Shown here: one piece after another, positions 56,374-64,000 of the stretch | Layout of the letters: the number at the start of each line of letters is the position of its first letter | Position numbering within the stretch: position 1 is the first letter of the stretch | Source of the DNA: a virus | Taxonomy: Duplodnaviria; Caudoviricetes | IMG/VR virus record: IMGVR_UViG_3300031555_001437 | Length of the DNA: 64,000 nt | Direction: 5' to 3' (one strand) | Notes under the pieces: generated by a model | Told to the model about the DNA's origin: nothing | What the model saw: the letters and a program-made list of their open reading frames with translations, nothing else | Database searches by the model: none | Made by a program: the position numbers and the translations under genes

Positions 56374-57675
56374 TTAACAGCAGCAGCACAGAAAAGCTTC
56401 TCTGTGGTGTGTATCGCCACACAACGGGCAAATTCCTCTATGACCAATACTGACAACGCCAGCCTGGCCGCTTCTCTCAGACGGGAAAGAAACGTTACAA
56501 TCAAGGAAATTCGTGTAGTCTTTGTAGTGAGCGCCTTCAGATGTAGTGTAAGTACGGCATTCACCCGAACCCTTCTTGACTTTCCACATGTTGCTTTCAA
56601 GTCCGATCAACGTCGCGAGTTCATCCTGCACAAATCCTCTGAACTTCTTGTAGAGGTCAGTTGCGCCGTCGTTACCCTGCGGATATACTCTGCCCTGAAT
56701 GAGAGTGCTGTTGGAAGTCGAGAAGTGGAACATGTTGCGGTAAATCTTACCTGCAGTCTGTACGTCTGCGCCTCTATCAACCACATAGGTGATAATAGAA
56801 GTTCCATCGAGCATATAACTCAACGTGCCGCCGCAGTACATTCCAGAGTACGAATTAGGCATGTTGCGCTGGTTCGTCTTGTCGATAGTATGACAGCTTG
56901 CCCAACTCTTACCGAAACTCATTGTCAGGTAGTCATAAGGATTAACGCTGATTACAAAGTCAAGATTACGAACCAGACCAGATACCATATCCGAGTACTC
57001 AGCGAACAGCTTGTTGTACTTCGGCAACTGTGCAACCTTGTAATAGTCGCACACTCTGTTAAATGCTCGGCTTGTCTTCATACCTTTGGCGAGTTTGAGC
57101 TCCTCGTTAATTCTTCTGAAGTTCGTAACGTTGTCATCGCTGATAGACGTTGCGGTAATGCGCTTGAATTTGTTCATATACTCTCCGAAACTACGATACT
57201 GCTTAGAGGATTCCTCGGTAAATCCGTCGTCTCTGAACTTCGAAATGTTTGTAGTAAAGGCTGACAGACTCTGAACAAGCGCCTCATCTTTCATTCTACT
57301 AACGTCAAAAGATCGTACGCCAGTGCTCATGTAGTCAGTCATCGTCTTACCGTCAGCGTCGACTGTCTTCATAATTGCGTCCTTCGCTCCAACATTGGCG
57401 GCGAAATATTCACAAAATCTGAAAACTTCATTCGAATCAGTATCACGCTCAAATTCTTTCGTCATGACAACTCGCATATTGCCGACGTAATTAGGAGACT
57501 TAGCGAGCAACTCAATGAGCGGCTTTTTGTTGCGGAAATACTCATCAAGCATGACACACACGCCACGCTCAGAATTGCGGTGTCTGTATGTGGTCAGCAG
57601 GTTCATGATGTCATCAACCATCTTGTCGGTGTCTGCGTATTTGCCCCAGTTAGTTTTCAAAGTACTCTTATTCAT
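56374..57675 (-). CDS. Conserved phage protein (SW.SCH family), copy A
   Basis: S.NP.DYLTMS.G.SW.SCH, Y.G.Y..G.LSY.LD, GRVYP; paralog of 60276-62228. Confidence 0.7.
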   Translation of the reverse strand: MNKSTLKTNWGKYADTDKMVDDIMNLLTTYRHRNSERGVCVMLDEYFRNKKPLIELLAKSPNYVGNMRVVMTKEFERDTDSNEVFRFCEYFAANVGAKDAIMKTVDADGKTMTDYMSTGVRSFDVSRMKDEALVQSLSAFTTNISKFRDDGFTEESSKQYRSFGEYMNKFKRITATSISDDNVTNFRRINEELKLAKGMKTSRAFNRVCDYYKVAQLPKYNKLFAEYSDMVSGLVRNLDFVISVNPYDYLTMSFGKSWASCHTIDKTNQRNMPNSYSGMYCGGTLSYMLDGTSIITYVVDRGADVQTAGKIYRNMFHFSTSNSTLIQGRVYPQGNDGATDLYKKFRGFVQDELATLIGLESNMWKVKKGSGECRTYTTSEGAHYKDYTNFLDCNVSFPSERSGQAGVVSIGHRGICPLCGDTHHREAFLCCCC

Positions 57676-58963
57676 GATCTTTCTCCTTATAAATTTCAGA
57701 AATGGTCTTAAGCAGTTCATTCTTTCTCACGTCTCCAATCCAATCAGGGAGTTCATCGTATCCGTTTCCTGTCATGCGGAACAACTTACCGTACTTGTCA
57801 CTGTAAACCAGAGTGGCTTCATCAGTTCTGGTTCGATACATAAAGGAATCAATGATGCCAAGCTTGTTGATTTTTGCACGAAGCGAAAATCTCTTTTTAG
57901 CTTTGAGATATACAGAGTTGCCATTCTTCTCGTAGAACTCCCACGTCTGCGGGTCGAGCGCATCAACTGTAACAATCTTATTGAATGCTTCGGGATATCT
58001 GACGAAAAATCCGCCCAGGTTGTCAAATTCACCCGTGGCACAAGCAGCAAATCTACACTGACTGAATGCGCCCTCTGCACTAATCTGACAGTTGTCGCCG
58101 TAATGACACCACAGCTCAGCAACAGAAGTTCTGACAACATCATATTTTCCGTCTTCGCGCTTAGCGAATTGCTTTGCTTCACTGCTCTCGTTTTTCGTCT
58201 TGAGGTAGCGGCACTTCAAGCACTTCGCTTCTCCAACGGCGTTACGAATATGCTCTGCGATGGTCGCTTCGTCATTGCGGATAATTTCTTTGCAGCACTT
58301 ACATCTCACATAGTCCTTTCTGCAATCGTTTTCAATTGCGACGATGTTCTGCTCGGTTACAGTTCCAATACCAGTGACTCGCAATGTACCGTCCTTGGTA
58401 TCAAACCTTGCTTTGCGCCATACATAATCCGAACGAAGAAGAACATCGATGTTATACTGTGCGCTGAGTTGTGCAGAGATGTCCATGTCACAAAAATCAA
58501 TTACCGTGTCGCCGCGATCTCTGTAACTCGTTGCGCGACCATAACTGCCCTTGTTTGAATAGGCTGTATTATCACCGTATTCATAATTAAGTCTATCAAG
58601 AGAATACGAGTCAGAAGTTCTCCACGTTTTCCCCAACTCAATGAAGTTAGAGAACAGGATTACCGCTTCGTCGATCGTTGCGCATCGGATAGCAAGTTCT
58701 TTTTCGCTGGCGAAGAACTCTTCAAGAGTCATGCGGTGTGCAGGTGTTTCATCAGCAAGGCCAGCGATACAGGCCTCGCTCCAACACCAACCACCAATGT
58801 AGCCTTCTTCTTTATCCTCTTCCATTCTATAGTCGTAGGGCCTCACCTCTCTGATTGTCATGATCTGACCAAGCCACTGGTCCATGTAACCCTGGTCATT
58901 TTGATAACAACCATCAACCCACTGGTCAACAATTCGAACTCTATCTCCAACTTTATACTTCAT
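57668..58963 (-). CDS. Multidomain hypothetical protein (KOW/SH3-like N-terminus, Cys clusters)
   Basis: KYKVGDRVRI...M....G...TI...W.WS; CKCC, CLKC. Confidence 0.6.
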   Translation of the reverse strand: MKYKVGDRVRIVDQWVDGCYQNDQGYMDQWLGQIMTIREVRPYDYRMEEDKEEGYIGGWCWSEACIAGLADETPAHRMTLEEFFASEKELAIRCATIDEAVILFSNFIELGKTWRTSDSYSLDRLNYEYGDNTAYSNKGSYGRATSYRDRGDTVIDFCDMDISAQLSAQYNIDVLLRSDYVWRKARFDTKDGTLRVTGIGTVTEQNIVAIENDCRKDYVRCKCCKEIIRNDEATIAEHIRNAVGEAKCLKCRYLKTKNESSEAKQFAKREDGKYDVVRTSVAELWCHYGDNCQISAEGAFSQCRFAACATGEFDNLGGFFVRYPEAFNKIVTVDALDPQTWEFYEKNGNSVYLKAKKRFSLRAKINKLGIIDSFMYRTRTDEATLVYSDKYGKLFRMTGNGYDELPDWIGDVRKNELLKTISEIYKEKDHE

Positions 58964-58974
58964 ATCTTACCTCC

Positions 58975-59322
58975 TTACTGACCAATCTTGGCCGCAATTT
59001 CGTTGTACTCTGCCTGAGCTGCTTCGTATTCTGCGTTAGCTGCATCACGCTTTGCTCTTGCCTTGTCCATATCTCTCTGCGCTCTCTGCAACTGCTTATG
59101 CAGCATTGCGTCGTGATTTACCTTAACACCACGGATAATTGCCTCCATCTTGTAGGGCGCATCCTCCATGTAGCAGAAAGCCAAGCCTTTATGCATGTTC
59201 TGTCTGCCGTCGCAGAGTGCGTTCATAGTTGCGTACTTGATGCCGTGAGCGTCTGCCGCCTGCTTTGCGGAAGTGTAGACAGTGCCAGTGGTGATGCAAA
59301 GTGTAGTTTTACCTTTTCTCAT
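58975..59322 (-). CDS. NUMOD1/HTH-like small protein with coiled coil
   Basis: C.TTG.VY.S...AA...GI......C.G. Confidence 0.55.
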   Translation of the reverse strand: MRKGKTTLCITTGTVYTSAKQAADAHGIKYATMNALCDGRQNMHKGLAFCYMEDAPYKMEAIIRGVKVNHDAMLHKQLQRAQRDMDKARAKRDAANAEYEAAQAEYNEIAAKIGQ

Positions 59323-59341
59323 GATGTTTTTCTCCTTTTTA

Positions 59342-60286
59342 TCAATACCCGAGTACGGGCAGAATTTCAGAATTTGCTGCGTCAAAGTAGATGTGTGCGT
59401 CTTTCAGCTCTCTCGCTGAAAGGAAGACCAGATCTTTGTAGGTTCTGTTATAGCGGTACAAATTGCCGTAACGGTCAACCGCAATCTCATGCTCAATGTT
59501 CCACACTTTACCATAAGAATAGACCGTGTTGGCAGGCAGGAACGTAACGGTTTCGTTTCTGGAATAATTGTAGCTGGGCTTTTTTGCGGCGTACTTCTTC
59601 GGTACATACTTAAACTCGCCGCACTCACTCGTCAGCATGTTATAGGACATCTCAATGATTTTCTTGACGTCCCTGAGAGATACATACTCATGGGTGAGAT
59701 GCGGATTATAGTAACCGCAGGACAGATTGACTGCCGCGACTCCAAGCTTGGGAGCGATAAGACTGATATCTGTGAACGTTCCCCATGCGGTCTTAAAGCC
59801 GAACTGCTCAACGAACGCCGTGAACTCAGCGTTGTCGCAGTTGTAGAACACGCAGTCGTTCTTGCCTTTGCGGTCGAATTCAACGATGTACTTGAGACTG
59901 GGCGGGTTGCCGTGGATATAACTGTTGAAAGAACTTGCGCCCCATCCTCCAATTTCTTCTTCCATGGTGAACAGAACGTAAGGCTTGAACGGCAATTTCT
60001 GCAGCAGAGACAGAATGATATATACACCACAGCGGTCATCTCCTCCGATACCCTGGGGCGACATCATATGTCCGCTCTTAGAGTAGCAGATGATAGACGG
60101 AACACTCTTGTGAACGGTGTCGAGATGCGCAACCAACATATAGGGAGTGTCGCCCTCGGCATACAAGAACTTTGCTCGAGAGTGAATACTTTCGGTGTTA
60201 TAACCGATTTCAACCAGTTCGCTGCACAGCGCATCTTTAAGACCCTCTGCTGTGTGCTGAAAAATTTGTTCAATATTAAGACTCAT
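59342..60286 (-). CDS. M28/M20-like zinc peptidase, copy B
   Basis: LVAHLDTVH, GGDDRCG, EEIG..GA, EFDRKG and NLSCGYY..H...E. Confidence 0.82.
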   Translation of the reverse strand: MSLNIEQIFQHTAEGLKDALCSELVEIGYNTESIHSRAKFLYAEGDTPYMLVAHLDTVHKSVPSIICYSKSGHMMSPQGIGGDDRCGVYIILSLLQKLPFKPYVLFTMEEEIGGWGASSFNSYIHGNPPSLKYIVEFDRKGKNDCVFYNCDNAEFTAFVEQFGFKTAWGTFTDISLIAPKLGVAAVNLSCGYYNPHLTHEYVSLRDVKKIIEMSYNMLTSECGEFKYVPKKYAAKKPSYNYSRNETVTFLPANTVYSYGKVWNIEHEIAVDRYGNLYRYNRTYKDLVFLSARELKDAHIYFDAANSEILPVLGY

Positions 60287-62228
60287 GTGCTGTTTCCTCC
60301 TTTACTTTACAACCAAGTTTTTTAAGCGTTTTGCCGATATGTGCATCAGTTACGCCGTGTAGCACTCCGACGAATACATTGTCAGACCACGACCAGTTAT
60401 GGCCATCTAGACTAGAGATGACAACATCATTACGCGATTTGTCTCTGATTTTTACAATCCTATCTGGATAATATCTTTTCATACTGGAGTTTGCGCTATA
60501 TTCACAACATGAAACATCATGCTTCATTAGTACGTAATCTCCGACATGATATGGACCACCTCTAATCAAGGTGACACCAACCTCTTTGAGCCGTTTGCAT
60601 ATCTCACATTCTTGGCGCTTCTTGTGATAAGTGCCGCACGACTTACACTTGACATAATTCTTGATGCAGCTCTCACACACATATCCGTCACCTACTATGT
60701 TTGTTTCTCTCGTCCACTTGCCGCACTCTGCACATTTATGAATCTGAGACATTCCGTCTTTGCACACGCGCTCAGTTCCGTGACACGTCTCGATCTCGAC
60801 AGTGCTGTCAGTCATGGGCTCGTACTGCGAGTGTGCATAACAGAAGAATACATGCTCTCTACAGTAACATTCTTCTCCGATATATACTCTGTCGGCCTCA
60901 TTCTCAATGAAATTGCCGCACTTCGAACATATCATCGACTTACGATGGTCACTGCACTGCAAATATCTTGAGTCTCCAGCTGCGAGAGCACGGCCGCAAT
61001 GTAAGCAATAAGATTCATGACCGACTGTCATTTGCCCGTCGATGTCAATCTCAAATCCCTTGCAGAGCGAGATTGTTGGCTTTTGCTTTTCCATTTCATA
61101 ATCTCTGTAATGAGATGCTTTCTCGTCTGTGTTAACGAACGTCGTGATCTTTTTGATGGACTTACTGAACGTCCACAGATTAGATACGTTCTCACACTGT
61201 GAGATTACATGCTGCATGATTTGGCGGTATCTTGTGATAATGCTGGACTCGTTATTGGGATAACACTTACCAGTTACGAGGACGCCGTTTTCATACTGGC
61301 AGCACATACGCATCAACTTTGCCTGGTCATAGAAGTCGTTTCCTGCGTAGGTTGACGGCAGAGTGTAGAGGATGAATGACGGTGCATCGAGAGCGTAAGA
61401 CACACATCCCTGCTTATAACATCCACTGTACGAACTCGAACCGCCTTCGTGGAATATGTCATGACTGTTGATGTAGTGGCAACTCGACCAACTGTTCCCG
61501 TTGCTCATCAACATGAAGTCATTGAAGTGCAGAGATGCAAGAGTGATGCGCTCGATTGTCAGTTCACTCAAGGTGTCGCTGAATTTGGCGTAATATTTAT
61601 CGAAATCAGGGAGCTTTGTGGCATCGTGGGTTGTGTCTCCTTGTTTCGGATAAGATACGAAGCACTGTCTTGCGAGTCTTGTAATCTTTGCTCCGACTTT
61701 AAGGATGTTGTTTACATGCTTAGGAATTTCAGCGTGTTCTCTTGCTGCTCTTTCTTTAAAATATCTGATAAACTGCTCGTCAACAGTTGCGATTTGGTTG
61801 TCAAAGTGTCTGAAATAGTCAAGTGTAAAATAGAGAATAGCAGACACATGGTCAGTTCGTACAGACGATAATCCGCTTTTCTCTGTGCAGTAACTAAGAA
61901 GGTCGACAAAACGATATGCTGCAGTGCCATAGTCGATTGCTCGGTGCTCGTCCTGCAAGAACACGATTGCTTTGTTCTGCTCATTCCAGTAAGGATGCTT
62001 GCGGAACAATTCCATCTGTCGCTGCTTGTTACGATACCACGTCTCAACGTTCTTACGAATTCCTGCCGTGGTAAATGAACCATCGATGCGGAACTTGATG
62101 AACGTTTGTTTTGCAAGTTCTGTGTAATAGTCGATTTGGGCGTCATCGGTTGGATACTGTGCCAACCACGCCGCATTTTCTGCGCTAATTGCTCTGCGCA
62201 GGTCTATTGCTTGGGTTATGGTTTCCAT
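60276..62228 (-). CDS. Conserved phage protein (SW.SCH family) with multiple zinc ribbons, copy B
   Basis: DFMLMSNG.SWSSCH, YSGCY..G..SY.LD, GKCYP, many CxxC pairs. Confidence 0.7.
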   Translation of the reverse strand: METITQAIDLRRAISAENAAWLAQYPTDDAQIDYYTELAKQTFIKFRIDGSFTTAGIRKNVETWYRNKQRQMELFRKHPYWNEQNKAIVFLQDEHRAIDYGTAAYRFVDLLSYCTEKSGLSSVRTDHVSAILYFTLDYFRHFDNQIATVDEQFIRYFKERAAREHAEIPKHVNNILKVGAKITRLARQCFVSYPKQGDTTHDATKLPDFDKYYAKFSDTLSELTIERITLASLHFNDFMLMSNGNSWSSCHYINSHDIFHEGGSSSYSGCYKQGCVSYALDAPSFILYTLPSTYAGNDFYDQAKLMRMCCQYENGVLVTGKCYPNNESSIITRYRQIMQHVISQCENVSNLWTFSKSIKKITTFVNTDEKASHYRDYEMEKQKPTISLCKGFEIDIDGQMTVGHESYCLHCGRALAAGDSRYLQCSDHRKSMICSKCGNFIENEADRVYIGEECYCREHVFFCYAHSQYEPMTDSTVEIETCHGTERVCKDGMSQIHKCAECGKWTRETNIVGDGYVCESCIKNYVKCKSCGTYHKKRQECEICKRLKEVGVTLIRGGPYHVGDYVLMKHDVSCCEYSANSSMKRYYPDRIVKIRDKSRNDVVISSLDGHNWSWSDNVFVGVLHGVTDAHIGKTLKKLGCKVKEETAHES

Positions 62229-62255
62229 ATTAACCTCCTTATTTTCTTGAATTAT

Positions 62256-62279
62256 AAAAGGCGACCGAAATGGCCGCCT
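62256..62279 (-). terminator. Intrinsic terminator-like hairpin
   Basis: AGGCGGCC-ATTTC-GGTCGCCT followed by TTT. Confidence 0.5.
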
Positions 62280-62317
62280 AACTGCTGTCGTTGTAGTTCA
62301 TGATAATTGACCTCCTT

Positions 62318-63967
62318 TTAGTCAATGACTGGTAGTGCTACACAATCGCTGATACGGCTGTAGCCTGTTGCTTTGCAAGTCAGAATGTGCTTGTCACACT
62401 TGATGTCATTTGCACGCAGCCAGCGCATAACTGTCGGGATGGCTTCAGGGTTATTGCCGAGCCACTTATTGCAGTATCCGTGAATTTGCACAATGCTTCT
62501 ATCATTGTTCATCTGAATTGCATAGAAAGGAGTTTCAGAGTCTGATTTCTTACGCAAGAAGAAAAGATTTGTCTCTCCTGTTGCGTGTCTTGTGGTATAG
62601 CTTCCGATGCAGATGCGCTGCAACTGACCTTCCATGAGAATTTCTGCAGAAGACTTGGGCAAACGGATGACATAGTCACCGTCCTCGAACTCAAGTTCCT
62701 TACGCTTTTCGTCGAGTTTGGCGCGTTTCTTATCTTCCGCTGCGAGACGCTCTGCATCTCTCAAGGAACGGAGGCGCGCTTCTTCTCTTTGTTGTTCTCT
62801 GTAGAGTTCGTCAACTGCGTCATGACATCTTGTAATGTCAGAATAAGCATCAAAATACCAGTTGATTTCTGGTCTGTTGTCTGGGATAAGTCTCTGATAA
62901 CTCGCCAGAGTATCATCGACTACCTGATAAACAGTGGGGTGTCTTTCATTGAGGCGAACGAGGTTCTTGAAAAATCTCTGGGTATCAAGACCAGGGATTG
63001 AGAATTTAAGTCCTTTGAGTGTGTAACAGTTTGCACAAATTACACAAAATGCATCAAAGTGCTTCTTGAATGTTGCGATATCGATAGGACTGAGGTCATC
63101 GCCGAACACTTTGCGCATGAGTCGCAGAGGATCATCAAAACTGTTATGACAATAACGAGTGCCATGTTTTGCTTCGTAAGCAACAAGAATGTCGAGCTGC
63201 GGTTTGGTCAGTCCGACTTTGCGGAGAAAATTAGTGGCTTTGTGGTTGTAGTAACCGCCAAAACGATCCTCGAGATCTTTAAACGGAGTTCCGAGGGTTG
63301 TTTTCATTCGAACACCAAGTTTTGCTGCCTGTTCGAACTCTGGGAAACGTAAAGCGAGTATCAGGTCTGATACCCACCTTCTGTCTTCGCTGCTTAGAGC
63401 TTCAAGTATATGTTTGACTCGATTGCTTTGAGCGCAAGCGTCTTCACTATTGAAGAGATTGCTGCCACTATACTTGGGGAACATAGACTCGCACCATGTA
63501 TCTCCAACCTTAACTGCAGTCTGAACCTTTTTACCTTCATCGAAGTAAATACGCTTACTCTCATTGCCATACCAGTCAATCAAACGTAAGCATGACCAAC
63601 TATCGTTTACCTTGCTGTAAACAACATAACTGCTTCGCTTAGACGTATCAAGCGGCGGCAGTTCAATAGCGGTCAGTTCCTCAACCAAAGCCTGCTTAGG
63701 AGATTGCTTGATGGTTTTTATACGGTGAGTAAGCCAATACTCAAGCGCGTAAAATCCTCGGACATCATTTTTATATCCGCCGATAGTTGTAAATGTTTCG
63801 CCTGTAAGTTTAACGACTTCATCGCGCCAATTGAGACACAGGTCGAGATTTCTGAGATGACGAAACGCATCTTTAGGACAGCTTGCATAATGATCTTTAT
63901 AGATTTGAGTTCTTCCAAGACCTTCACAGTTTGTATAGGAAAATACTTTATCTTTTCCGACAAACAT
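62318..63967 (-). CDS. PcfJ-like domain protein
   Basis: HD, I.LP.S..EI..EG.....CIGSY, FFLRK......PFY...M and QIHG..N. Confidence 0.8.
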   Translation of the reverse strand: MFVGKDKVFSYTNCEGLGRTQIYKDHYASCPKDAFRHLRNLDLCLNWRDEVVKLTGETFTTIGGYKNDVRGFYALEYWLTHRIKTIKQSPKQALVEELTAIELPPLDTSKRSSYVVYSKVNDSWSCLRLIDWYGNESKRIYFDEGKKVQTAVKVGDTWCESMFPKYSGSNLFNSEDACAQSNRVKHILEALSSEDRRWVSDLILALRFPEFEQAAKLGVRMKTTLGTPFKDLEDRFGGYYNHKATNFLRKVGLTKPQLDILVAYEAKHGTRYCHNSFDDPLRLMRKVFGDDLSPIDIATFKKHFDAFCVICANCYTLKGLKFSIPGLDTQRFFKNLVRLNERHPTVYQVVDDTLASYQRLIPDNRPEINWYFDAYSDITRCHDAVDELYREQQREEARLRSLRDAERLAAEDKKRAKLDEKRKELEFEDGDYVIRLPKSSAEILMEGQLQRICIGSYTTRHATGETNLFFLRKKSDSETPFYAIQMNNDRSIVQIHGYCNKWLGNNPEAIPTVMRWLRANDIKCDKHILTCKATGYSRISDCVALPVID

Positions 63968-64000
63968 TCTCTCTCCTGCATATTCCCACTGACGAGGTGT

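Noticed and set aside
55792-58558. Long plus-strand ORFs (490 aa and 347 aa); similarly 38065-39087 and 59489-60325
   Set aside because: Antisense shadows of well-supported minus-strand genes; no recognisable motifs, and the whole window is transcribed on the minus strand

Overview
A 64-kb segment of a large temperate phage or prophage of an anaerobic Firmicute, organised like SPbeta and using the standard genetic code. Essentially all real genes are on the minus strand. From left to right: large serine integrase; nucleotide metabolism (dUTPase, class III RNR with activase, glutaredoxin-like and ferredoxin:thioredoxin-reductase-like partners, 5'-nucleotidase, guanylate kinase, ThyX-like); an amidase; and an RNA island at 12.4-17.1 kb. 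The island holds 7 tRNAs, a ~680-nt structured ncRNA, a metallophosphoesterase and a DUF2828 (Ro60/TROVE-like + vWA) gene. Next come replication genes (DnaE, RecJ, primase, DnaB-like helicase, AAA ATPase, SSB) interrupted by a PAPS-reductase / cysteine desulfurase / PAPS-reductase cassette and by CCA-adding and RlaP-like nucleotidyltransferases. These are followed by an MrpR-like repressor plus a tyrosine recombinase, two homing endonucleases, many small early genes, RtcB, a duplicated peptidase module and a PcfJ-like gene. The best candidate for an undescribed system is a set of seven small RNAs sharing a helix followed by AC(A/C/T)GCAA, located around the Ro60-like gene. Four are simple closed stems (one displays a tRNA-Lys UUU anticodon arm), two are tRNA bodies with the module inserted in the anticodon arm, and one is a circularly permuted tRNA. 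This looks like a Y-RNA-like array tied to a complete phage RNA-repair kit. A ~14-bp repeat (ACRCRACAAAATGA, about 20 copies), often just downstream of sigma-A promoters, is a candidate repressor operator. All protein family calls come from motif recognition by eye; no database searches were run.
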